A DNA stretch of 64,000 nucleotides, taken from contig NC_043009.1 in NCBI RefSeq assembly GCF_006345805.1, positions 41,974,001-42,038,000 of the forward strand, read 5' to 3'. Positions 12,873-24,382 of this stretch are shown piece by piece. Each line of letters begins with the position of its first letter. Position 1 is the first letter of the stretch. Source of the DNA: Octopus sinensis (lineage: Eukaryota). The notes under the pieces are model-generated. The model worked only from the letters and a program-made list of their open reading frames with translations, had not been told where the DNA came from and searched no databases. Position numbers and translations under genes: made by a program.

Positions 12873-12881
<9 letters not shown>
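12007..12881 (-). repeat. 5' pseudo-LTR of the Penelope-like element
   Basis: Direct repeat of 5761-6619, lying immediately upstream of the 5' UTR and ORF on the minus strand. Confidence 0.9.
12100..12140 (-). ncRNA. Minimal hammerhead-like motif in the 5' pLTR (atypical core)
   Basis: Minus strand reads CCGACGA-A-GAGC tcc GCTC-GAAA-CG-TC. Confidence 0.5.
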
Positions 12882-12903
<22 letters not shown>

Positions 12904-14543
12904 ACAAACATGCCTACATGCATACATATCTAGGTATATATATTCAAAAAAGAAAGATATTATATGTATATAAATATGTCTCTATATATGTGAGTATGTA
13001 TGTGTGCATGCGTGTGTGTGCATACACGTGTGTGCATGTGTATGCGAGTGCGTGTGTGTGTGTGTGTGTGTGTGTGTACGTGAGTATGCGTGTGTGTGTA
13101 ATAGAGAAAACCAGCATGAAAAAAATGGCACTTCTGACATTGCAGGTCAATATAACAGTCAGTTATAATTTGGATCAGCAATATGGCAGCTGTTCTCTTT
13201 CAAAATCAATAACAAAGGAAACTACAAACAACTAAAGCAATAACAATGATGCCATCAAAAACAACAACAGTAGCGATATCTAGTAGTGCAACAATAGAGG
13301 ATGTAAAAGTTAACGCCATTTTCTTTAGAATAAGCAGTGAGAGAAAATGTTTCTTAAGAATATTTCTACGAAGTTGACACGGACAGCAGTGACAGTAGTG
13401 ATGGTGATGGCGATGATGGTGGTAGTGGTGCCGCCGATGACAATGTCAATGATGATGATTATGATGATGATAATTTGGAAGATAATAATGTTATATTTGC
13501 ATTTGCTTAGATCAAAGATGAGCTTTAGTTGAACTGTATTTTATTTAAATGTATTCCAGCCGTAACCATCTCACTTAGACATCGTCATTCTTCATCGTAT
13601 CATGATCTTTTTTTTTCACGGCGGCGACGCAATGGGTTTTGAGGGACGATTTGGCTACTATACGGCTAGCTTTGCATGATAGTAGAACAGAAGATAAGGC
13701 TGATACTGATTCGAAGAAGAAATAGAAGCAAAAGTGTGAGCATGCGTAGAGGTAGGAGCAGGAATGGAAAAACGATGGTGAAAGAGAGATTTTTATGACA
13801 CTGTCCATAGAGATTAAAAACTTAGTCGCCACTCGCAAGCAAATAATGTTTAGTTACATATAACACGCTCTTACTCATTGTTTTCGATGACCATGTAGTT
13901 GTGAAAAGAACTAAACGTCCTGTCTGTTCTTTGACCCTCGAGCCTGCAGGAAGCAGATGTAACAGCTGTAGATACAGAAAGCTATATAAATTATTCCTGA
14001 TACTCATTTTCAGCTTAGTAAGCCGAAGCAGCGTGCAATAATATATTTTACTAATGGACATTAAAACCCAAGATCAACAACCCAAACCATTAAACGCAAA
14101 GACACTTGCTTTCACATTCATGGCGATAGTAGAGAGTAGAATTGCAGTGATTATATTAGTTACGGCCACTATCATTGTTCCCATTGCTGTAGCAGTTTGA
14201 GTTGCGATGCCTGGAGTATCGGTCATATTGTCAGGCATTAGTCTTTGGGAAGATCTTCAAGCACCTCCTAGATTTTGGCCGTCACCTCGGCCTTGTTGAT
14301 ACAGACAGAGGTAGTGGTGTCTTTTTCAGCCGCACTCTCCTCACACCGATTTGTTTTTGCGTCGAGTATATTGATCCAGGTTCGATTTCTAAGTTAAATA
14401 TTTTTAATACATATAGAGAGATAGATAGATGGATAGGGAGAGAGAGAGAGAGACAGAGAGAGAGAGAGACAGAGAGGTAGACTGATAGAGAGAGAGAGAG
14501 GTAAATATAGTAAATCGAGAGAGGTAAATATCCTTACTACAGC

Positions 14544-14602
<59 letters not shown>

Positions 14603-15060
14603 GTGTTGGTGGTTGTACTGGTTTGAGATATTGTTGTGAGAGTTGTTGTGGTTGGATATAGTGTTGTTTGTAGTTGTGATTAAATTAGCTTTGACCGTAG
14701 CTGTAAATTTTGTAGAAATTTTTCTTGTGGTTGTTGCTGCTGATTTCATATTGATTTTTGTCACGTTGACTGTAATTGTGGTTGCAGTGATAGTAGCTCT
14801 TGGAGTGGGAGATGTTGCCAGTGTCGGGGGTGCTGTTAGTTGTAACGACAGCTATGGCAGCGCCGAGACGATAACGATAACGATGAAAGTGCAGAGGAGG
14901 AGGAAGAAGAGGACGACGACGACGACGACGACAACGATGACGATGATGAGGACGACAATGATGATGATGCTCATGATAATGATGATGATGAAAGGTAGGA
15001 AGGGAAAAGCAGGAGGAAGATGTTGATGATGATGATCATGCCGCCGACGACAACGATTAC

Positions 15061-15093
<33 letters not shown>

Positions 15094-15886
15094 CATTATC
15101 ATCATCATCATCATGAGCATGATTTTGGATGTTTGCCTGATGAGTATTCGAAATGTTGTTATTGTAGTGGCTGTTAATGGAAGTGGTGGTGGTGGTGGCA
15201 ATTTTAGTGTTATTGTTTAAGTGTGTAAGTTGTGAAATTGATGCCCCATCATGGCCCCAGCATGGCCCCAGCATGGCCCCAGCTGGCCATGAGCTGAAAC
15301 TAGATAAAATAAAAAATAAAAATAGATAAAATAAATCATGATCATGATCGTGATGTTGGTGGTGGGGATGGTGACGGCGTGATGGTGATGGTGACAGTGA
15401 TGCCAGCTATAATTTCAAAATGGCCGAAACACATTAGGAATTCATTTCATAATAAATATATCAAATTAAGAATAAGGGGTGAAGGGCCAAGAGGTGAAAG
15501 GATAGAAGGATGGTGGTAGTGGTTGGGTTATTCAGTGAAGGGAAAAAATCTATGAACGGACGGAAGGAATATAATAAATTGTGAGGGTTAGTGAGGGCCT
15601 ACTGTTAAATATGTCAATAAAATATATGCTCGCTTGTTAGATAAGAATGAAGAATGTGTGTGTGTGTGTGTGGTGTTTATGTTTGTGTATGTGTGTGTGT
15701 GTGTGTGTGTGTGTTTGTGTATGTGTGTGTGTGTGTGTGGTGTGTGTTTGTGTGAGTGTAGACAAAGATCACTGGGAAACAAGAAACAAAAAAAACAAAA
15801 GACAAAAAAAGTAAAGGACCATAGCAAATGGTTTTATATATGTGTTTGAGTGTGTGCGTGTGTGTGTGTGTGTGTGTGTGAGCGCG

Positions 15887-15930
<44 letters not shown>

Positions 15931-16046
15931 CAATTATGTGGCTATATATATATGCATATTCATGCGTGTATATATACATATAACATACCTATAGATACAT
16001 ATATGCATATGCATATATATATGCATATGTGTGTACGTGTATATAT

Positions 16047-16089
<43 letters not shown>

Positions 16090-16742
16090 AGAGAGAGAGG
16101 GGGTGAGAAAGGGTTTCTGTGTATATGCGTGTGAAAAGAGGTGGAAACAAAGTGAGACACGGGGTAAAAAAAAAGCGTGTCTGTGTATGTATGTTGCGAG
16201 TTTGCAATGAAAGCCTGAATGAGATATTTCTATATGTCAGTGACCCTCAGACAACGGGTGGTTGGTGCCACAGATGCCAAAACCACTTTGTTTGTTCCTT
16301 GTTGATAGAGACAGGACGAATAAAAATGATCAGAAAGACAAAACGAGAGAGGGAACCAGACGAAGAAAGAGAGAGAGAGAGAGAGAAAGGGAGATAGGGA
16401 GAGAGTCGAAGCAGACTGGTTGTTTGGCGGAAGTAAGGCACACGAAAAAAAATGGGGAAGGTGAGTGTTGCGACAAGATAGCAAACTACTTGTGTCTTAA
16501 GAGAATAACAGACTTTTCTGACATCTCGAGAATATAAATAATAACTCCAACCACACCTCTTTTGGTATGACATATGGTGATGGCCACTGTGACAAATAAC
16601 AGTAGAAATCCCACCCGATAAACTAATGAAACATTCATGCACCCGTATATACATATATATACCGTATATATATATATATATAATATATATGCATGTGTTG
16701 TGCGTGTGCGTATGTGTATACATATATATATATGTATATATT

Positions 16743-16787
<45 letters not shown>

Positions 16788-17289
16788 ATATATATATTTA
16801 CAATCGCGATAGACATCTACATACTATGCACCCACACACGAGTACATCAATACCCACAGAGACGCCTGTGTCTGTATACATAAAACGCCACCGTTGACAT
16901 ACTGTGTGCCGATAATGCTTGACATTAATGTTAGTTGAATATTGTTGCTTCTCAATCATTGCTCAATTCAAGTCTGCATTACTACGTGCCAAGAATGGCC
17001 CGCGTGAATGAGCCCACTCTAAGTGTGCGCCTGTAGGCCAGAAAGAAAAGGAGAAGAAAGGGTGCCTTCTTGAGGAGCCTTTGGTGTTAAGGGGTCCAAG
17101 TGCATGAGGTTTCTTTGGTGACCTTACAGTGGAACTCTCCACCCTTATTGGGGAAGCATATTGTTGATTTAATCTCTTTATTAATCGTTGTGTTTGTTGG
17201 GTGTTTACATGTTTAACTTCAATGTCCCTCGTCTGTGATCGTCCTCTATGATTTGTATTCGGCCCTGGTGGCCAATAAAGAAAGATTTG

Positions 17290-17340
17290 TTACAACTACT
17301 ACTACTACTACTACTACTGCTGCTGCTGCTGTTGCTGTTG

Positions 17341-17406
<66 letters not shown>
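17290..17406. repeat. (CTA)n/(CTG)n microsatellite
   Basis: Direct observation. Confidence 0.95.
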
Positions 17407-17761
17407 TTATCATTTCACTGGTATCTTGACGTTGACTATGGAAGGGCATAGGGACTAAATAAAACTCTCACTTAAAGCAACAGTTCCCAATAAACATAGA
17501 TAAACATCCCAAATTAACGAGGTTAAAGTAAAGCCAATGAATACACTCCTATGTCGGCGCTTGATATGTTAGAAAGAGCAGCCTATTTTAAAGTAAGAAG
17601 TACACTTTCGGTTTGGATAATTTTAAGCAGCAGCAAAACAGTCCAAAATGGCTACTACGATAATGATGAGGAAGGGGAGGAGGATGCAGATGTTGATGAT
17701 GGATACGGTGAAAATAAAGATGATGATGATGATGACGCCGACGACGACGAGGGTACGACAA

Positions 17762-17762
17762 C

Positions 17763-17833
<71 letters not shown>

Positions 17834-17835
17834 CG
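17762..17835. repeat. (ATG)n microsatellite
   Basis: Direct observation. Confidence 0.95.
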
Positions 17836-18192
17836 GTGAGGAGGAGGAGGAAAGGAGGGGAAGAAGGACAGGAAAAAGAAGCGAAGGAACAACGGGAGGA
17901 AAAAGAAGTGGAGGAGAAATGGAAGGTAAGAGAAGAGGAGGAGAAGTGGAAGGAGAAGAGAAGAAAGAACAGGAGGAGGGAGAAAAAAGAAGGAAGAGGA
18001 AGAGGAAAATGAAGATCATGATCATGAGAAACATGATGATAATGGTGGTTGTGGGAATAATGAGGAATATGACGACGACGACGATGATTATAATGATGAT
18101 GACAACGACGACAAAGACGAAGATGATGGTGACGACATATGTAAACTTTCATGTATAATACTGAAAATGGGTATTATAAACGATATATACAT

Positions 18193-18420
18193 GTAAGGTG
18201 GCGAGCTGGCAGAAACGTTAGCACGCCGGGCGAAATGCTTAGCGGTATTTCGCCTGCCGCTACGTTCTGAGTTCAAATTTCGCCGAGGTCGACTTTACCT
18301 TTCATTATTTCGGGGTCGATTAAATAAGTACCAGTTACGCACTGGGGTCGATGTAATCGACTTAATCCGTTTGTTTGTCCTCTCTGTGTTTAGCCCCCTT
18401 GTGGGTAGTAAAGAAATAGA
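18193..18420 (+). mobile_element. tRNA-derived SINE, family A (near full length)
   Basis: ggcgagctggcagaaacgttagc head and gagttcaaat B-box-like motif. Related copies at 42950, 46585, 51093, 52445 and 60798. Confidence 0.8.
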
Positions 18421-18764
18421 TATATACGTGTTAGGGATGTGTAGCAACAAAAGAATGCAAGCAGCTAGTGTGCTCATCTTGAATATGAGATATTTAGAAA
18501 TTTAATTTCTGAGTAGTTTAATCGTTCTCAATTTATAACGTACTATCTAATAAAAAGAAGACACGGTAGTGAATAATTCTAAATATAATGAAAACAGTGT
18601 CACTATCGGAATGTCTTCGATTATAACCCTGTTCATTCAGAACTGGCCTTGTGCTAAACAATAAAAGGAACAATCAGGTTTTGGGTTAACAAATCGTCCC
18701 CTACTAAAGTCACTATGTACAAACGTATATCTGAATATCCCAAACACTCCCAAATAAAGTGAGA

Positions 18765-18927
18765 ACTTGTGGCCATGTAGATTATTTACATTATTTACAT
18801 TTGACGGATATTTGTCCTCATCTTGTTTGTTGTTAACACAACGTTTCGGCTGATATACCCTCCAGTCTTCACCAGGTATCTTGGGGAGATTTCGAACCTG
18901 GGTTCTCATTCCATAGGTATTTCTCGA

Positions 18928-18928
<1 letters not shown>
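18765..18928 (-). mobile_element. Short repeat carrying a hammerhead-like motif
   Basis: Minus strand at 18835-18880 reads gatac-CTGGTGA-A-GACTG gagggtatat CAGCC-GAAA-CG-TT-gtgtt. It is preceded by ggttcgaaatc and ends in a tgtaaataa tandem. Confidence 0.55.
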
Positions 18929-18994
<66 letters not shown>

Positions 18995-19100
18995 GTTATT
19001 GTTGTTGTTGTTATTGTTGTTGATGTTGTTATTATTGTTGTTGCTGTTGTTGCTGTTGCTGTTATTATTCAGGCGAGTGCTCTTATGTTTATTATTATTA

Positions 19101-19145
<45 letters not shown>

Positions 19146-19191
19146 GATCATCATCATCATCATCATCATCATTATCATTATCATTATTAAG

Positions 19192-19260
<69 letters not shown>
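18929..19260. repeat. Compound (ATT)n/(GTT)n/(ATC)n microsatellite at the 3' junction of the R4-like LINE
   Basis: Direct observation. Confidence 0.9.
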
Positions 19261-19261
<1 letters not shown>

Positions 19262-22200
19262 TATGTTTGACTTTTGCTTTATATTTGTACAAGTTGGCTC
19301 CAAGTCTCACCCAGAGACCTCAAGAGACAACAGGGTTGGAAGTTCATGTTGTTGTTATGCCTAGTGTGCCATATATTTGGGGGGTGGTGATGTTGTACTA
19401 ATGAATGTCTAAAAAAAAAAAAGTTTTTTTTTTTTTTTTTTTTTTAAACCGAAAATTAAGGTTGTTTTAAACCTTGAGGTTACATAGAGAGTATTTTGCG
19501 TAGGATATGAGCAGTTCCCATGAGCACTATCTTTTGAACTTCTGCCATTTTGGGTTTCCTGGTATCTGAGTTAGGTAGCTATCAGCCCCTTTTGCTATCA
19601 TTCCCAGGGCACCTATGACAACAGGTATTGTTTTAGTCTTCAGCTTCCACATTTTGCTGATTTCTATTTCAAGATCTTTATATTTGCTCAGTTTTTGGTA
19701 GGTCCTGACAGATACGTTTATATCGATTGGGACAGTCATATCAATGAGGAGGCATGTTCTTTGTTTGAAGTCTTTCAATATGATGTCTGGCCTATTTGCA
19801 TCTATCTTCCTGTCAGTTTGAATGGTGAAGTTCCAGAGGAGTGAGATGTGGTCATTTTCAAGCACTGGGGGTGGTTTGTGTTCCCACCAGTTTTTTTCAT
19901 GGGGCAAATCCAGGTTTTTACAGATTACCCAGTGAATATATTGTGCAGCTCTATCGTGCCTGTTGAGATACTCTGTAGGCGCTAGAAGACTGCACTTGGA
20001 GACCACATGGTCAATGGTTTCATTTTGTTGCTTGCATACACGACACGTTGGACTGCTTCTGATCTTTAATATGTTGGCCTGGTAGTTTCTTGTTGGTAGG
20101 CATTGATCTTGAGCTGCTATGATAAACCCCTCTGTTTCAGATTTTAAGCCAGAGGCCATTAGCCATTGATGGGTCAGGGCTTTGTCGATATCTGCATTAT
20201 TCGCTCTCTTTGGGTATTTGCCGTAGAGAGGTTTTTCTTGCCATTTATTATTCAGAATATCTAAGGCCGCAGTTTTTTTGGCACGGGTTTTCATGCGCCT
20301 AGCTTTTTCTGTGCTTGTTTCTTGTATGTCTATCTCTAATTCCGAAATTGGTTGTATTCGGAATTCACTTAGATATTCCTTTGCCTGTTTTGTGACTGAG
20401 TATGATGCTTTCTTGTTTTCATGTTTTGAGACAAGTTTTAACATCCAGTCCTCAGAGTTTTTCAGGTAGGTGTCTAGGCCAATTGTAGCAATCTTCATTG
20501 TTATTGCCAGTTGCAAAAGACCACGGCCTCCCTCTTTTCTTGGCAGATAGAGTCGTTCTGTATCTGCCTTAGGGTGGTGCATTCTTTGCATTGTCAACAG
20601 TTTCCTTATTTTTCTGTCGAGCTGACATATTTCAGTAATTGACCAGTTAACAATATTGAAACTGTAAGTCACGACTGGTATAGCTAATGCATTGATTGCT
20701 TCGATCCTGTTTCTTGCATTCAGCTCTGTCATGAGTATTGCTCTCACTCTTCGATAGCATTCTCTCCTGATCCTTTCCTTCATCTCTGAATGCCTTATTC
20801 CGTTCCCTTCAATTACCCCTAGGTACTTGTAGCTCTCCGCTGGGTCTAGTTCTTTTATGACATTCTGTTGGTCAAGGTTAACGTTAGATGTTTCTGTCAT
20901 TTTTCCTTTGATAAAGGTAGCCTTTGCACATTTATCGAGGCCGAATTGCATTCTGATGTCGTCACTGAATTGTTTGACTATCGCTAGTAAGCCCTTGAGT
21001 GTTGATCATTTTTTGCAAAAAGCTTTAAATCATCCATGTAAACGAGATGATTTATATTTTTATCAAACATTTTATACCCGTACTGCGCGTCATTGAGCAG
21101 CTTTGAGAGAGGTATTAAGGATAAACAAAAGAGGAGTGGTGACAGTGAGTCACCCTGGAAAATGCCACACGAAATTTTTACATCACCAGCATTTAGGGAT
21201 TCACTGTCACTGTTCAGAGTTAGTGTGGTTCTCCATGATCTCATACTTACAGTCAAGAAGTTTCGCAGAGTTGGTGCTATCTTATACATTTCAAGGCATT
21301 TCCTAATCCAGCTATGTGGTAGGCTATCAAAGCCTTTTTATAGTCTATCCAGGCTATTGATAAATTTTGTGTCGTTTGTGACAATCTTCTAAGATCATCT
21401 TATTGATGAGTAGTTGGTCTTTACAGCCGTAGGATCCACGTTTACATCCTTTCTGTTCATAGGGAATATGCTGCTGTCTGTTAAAAAACTATAGGTATAT
21501 TCCGTCAGGACAGATGTTAGAGTTTTGTACATAGTTGTTAAGCAGGTTATGGGTCTATAGTTTTTTGGTCATTTGTTTCTTCACTTTTGGAAGCAGGAAT
21601 GTTAACCCATTAACTAGCCAAGGAGGCATCCTACTAGGGTGTTGCAGAACATCATTGTACAGTTCTGTTAGCAGTTCATGGCTCTCTGGGAAGGCATTCA
21701 GCCAGAAGTTAGGAATTTTATCCTTTCCTGGAGACTTCCATTTGCTTGACCTCCTGAGAGCAGATCTTATATCTTCTACCTTGACACCCTCCCACTTTTG
21801 CTCTTCTAAGGGTCCAGTTCTGTAGATATTCTGTCAATCCAGGGGGCCTTTTCGTGTGTGTTTTTCTTCTGCCCAGATTTTATTCCAAAATCTCTGCACT
21901 TCTTCTTTTGATGGTACAGACCCTGCAGTAAACGCTGTTTTTCCTATCTTCCTGTAAAAATCTTGTGTTTATTTTTGAACATGTTGTTGTCCTTGAAAAA
22001 TCTAACACGATTTTTCATACCTCGCTATGCGGGTAGCTTTGGCAGATACCTTTTGTTTGATGGTTTCTATGGTGGCATCAATATCAAGTATAGTTTTCAT
22101 ATTGTATTTTTTCAGTAATTTTGGGTTTTTGTAGGTTTGGTAGTCTTGTGAGCCTTAAGGTTTTTCAAATATTCAATGTCAGATCTAAATACTTTAATTT

Positions 22201-23278
22201 GTTGTTGCAGACGCTCTTGCCAAGAAGGCTTTTTGTGGGACTGTTGCCGTTTTCTAATCTTTACACCACATAGGATCGTTGAGATTTTCGCGGATGCATA
22301 GTATAGGTGGTTGAGGTTTGTGATATCAACATCATTAACTGAAATTATATCCTTAAGTGCAAGCCGGATTTTACCATTATTTTCATGTTTTTGGTTAGAG
22401 TTGCGGATTTTAGGAAGTGTATCACGCTCATCCATGCTGGTTTCTTTTCAGCCATTCAATCATGATTTGATTTTTTAGCTCATGTAGTTCTGTTGGGTCA
22501 ATATTTGTGTGACTTTCTTTATCTATTTGATGCTCATCTGTCTTAGTGTTTATGATGGTTCAGGGCGTATTTCACTTTGCCTATCACTTATACTAACTCT
22601 TCAATCCTCTCTTCGTTTTTATCCGCCCTGGGCTGGTCTATAAATCATTCCTCTGTATTATCTTCTCTAGCTGCAGCTTCGTTCATTTTATCCGATATTG
22701 CTTGTCTAACCTGATCAATCTCTACTTCAGTCAGTAATTTCTTTTTTATAATGTCTTCTAACATTGGCAAGCTTTGTTACTGTCTATGTAGGGTCTTACT
22801 TCAGGGTGTTTCTGTCTCCAGTTTAAGTATGCTTGTACAGTGCTAGACTTATCTGTGGGGAATATATGGCATGGTAGAAGGCTCGAGAACTTCTTTATTA
22901 TCTTCCCTAGACCATTTTCCTTCTTTTTTTTGATTATTTGGTGATGAGCATGGATGGCCATCTGTTGGAATATTCCGGTTGTGGGGTTCGTCCAGCTCCT
23001 GTGTGTTGGGAAGATTTGATCCAGTAACTGATTTTTCAATCAGGATTTTGGTTCAATTTTCGGGTACGTGGTCTTTTGTAATCCGCGCAATGACCAATGC
23101 GGTTTATTGTTTGATTTGTTGACCTTGAAGCATGACGAGCATCCATTCTTATATTAGGAGATGGATCTGTCAGTTAGGGTTCACTACATGTAAGCATTGC
23201 TCATAGCGCCGCTTCTTAAGACTAGCAGATCTATATCGTCTGTATTTTTTTTGTTGATAGTTTTATCTCCGGACATTT
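19261..23278 (-). mobile_element. R4/Dong-clade non-LTR retrotransposon, near full length
   Basis: RT, CxxC..H..C zinc knuckle and RLE endonuclease in one reading direction. The 3' UTR runs into (AAT)n. The 5' boundary is approximate. Confidence 0.9.
19480..22960 (-). pseudogene. R4/Dong ORF (RT + RLE), frameshifted
   Basis: NYRPITCL; WIDYKKAFDSLPHSW; GIFQGDSLSPLLF; YMDDLKLF; MQFGLDKCA; RLYLPRKEGGRGL; CRVC..ETIDHVVSKC; NRPDIILKD..CLLIDMTVP; KLSKYKDL; PVVIGALG. Confidence 0.9.
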
Positions 23279-23504
23279 TTTTTTCCTCCTTTCCTCCTCT
23301 TCCTTTCTTCAAGGCTTACTGTGTCTGTATTAGTTCGAAATAATGAGAATAAATACGGAGAAGGAAACGAAAAGAAAGGGAAAAAGACGGGATCTGTCAG
23401 TATTATTGTTATTATATATCTATCTTCCCACCATCACCATCATCAGCAACATCACCATCACCATCCATCATCATCTTCAATGTGTAGCCACAGCCACCAT
23501 CAAC

Positions 23505-23585
23505 ACTCCATTGTGTTGGAGAATGGGTGGTTAAAGAATTCATGTTCTTTGGGTCTATAAATAGCCACGGGAGATGGTGGAGACA
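23505..23585 (+). mobile_element. Possible decayed RTE RT fragment
   Basis: Reads GEWVVKEFMFFGSINSHG, similar to the RTE EVVxEFxYLGSxI motif. Confidence 0.3.
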
Positions 23586-24083
23586 AAGGACGTTAATGGT
23601 CATAAAGGTCAAACCTGTTTACGTTTATTTATTTATTTATTTTTTTTTTTTTTTCCCGTTCTTTTCTCTTCACCACATCCTATGTATATGTATATATATG
23701 TATATTCACTCACACATATTATCTGATGTTTTCGTCGAAGATTTTTTTTTTTCTTTTTTTAAATAACTTTCTGAGTTCAATGTTATGTATATATTTTTAA
23801 ATTCTGAATTCAGTTGTATGTATATAGTAGTAGGTGCTTAATTCCATAACTTTTATCGTGCATTTAATTGTGTTGTTACAATAAAGGTAATTTAAAAGGC
23901 ATTTACACATTCTTATAGTCATGAGAGACGACTAAATGTAATGTTCCACCAATTGGAATTGGTTATATTATGTTTCTAATTTTTCTTGTTAGGTGTACGT
24001 TTGTATGAGCTGTAGATATGTAAGTTTTTTTTTTTACTTATTTTGAGGGTAATTCAAATTACTTACAGAAAACAGTAGATCTT

Positions 24084-24138
24084 CCAGTTTTCTACAGTTG
24101 ACCTGCTGGGTTCGCTGTTGCCAGTTCAGAGCATCGTA

Positions 24139-24175
<37 letters not shown>

Positions 24176-24303
24176 GTATATACATATATCCATTTGTGTT
24201 ACTGTTATTCTCTGTACTGTCGTTACTGTCCTGTTTTTGTTACCAGTTTTCTACAGTTGACCTGCTGGGTTCGCTGTTGCCAGTTCAGAGCATCGTAAAA
24301 ATA
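24084..24303. repeat. 61-bp perfect direct repeat pair
   Basis: ccagttttctacagttgacc...gcatcgtaaaaata at 24084-24144 and 24243-24303. Confidence 0.9.
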
Positions 24304-24336
24304 CGTCCATCCTCTGTCACGTCCAGCCGCCTTATT

Positions 24337-24382
<46 letters not shown>

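Larger units (their letters stand above)
5761..12881 (-). mobile_element. Penelope-like retroelement (Neptune-type) with direct pseudo-LTRs
   Basis: Frameshifted RT + GIY-YIG ORF flanked by direct repeats 5761-6619 and 12007-12881. Both ends are embedded in (TA)n. Confidence 0.92.

Noticed and set aside
14100-14860. Thr/Ala-rich mucin-like reading frames on the minus strand (also 46130-46380, 47030-47160, 58420-58560)
   Set aside because: They are interrupted by stops and frameshifts and are better explained as decayed trinucleotide repeats.
18193-18290. tRNA gene
   Set aside because: A- and B-box-like motifs only, no cloverleaf, and it continues into a SINE body. The same holds for all other SINE heads.
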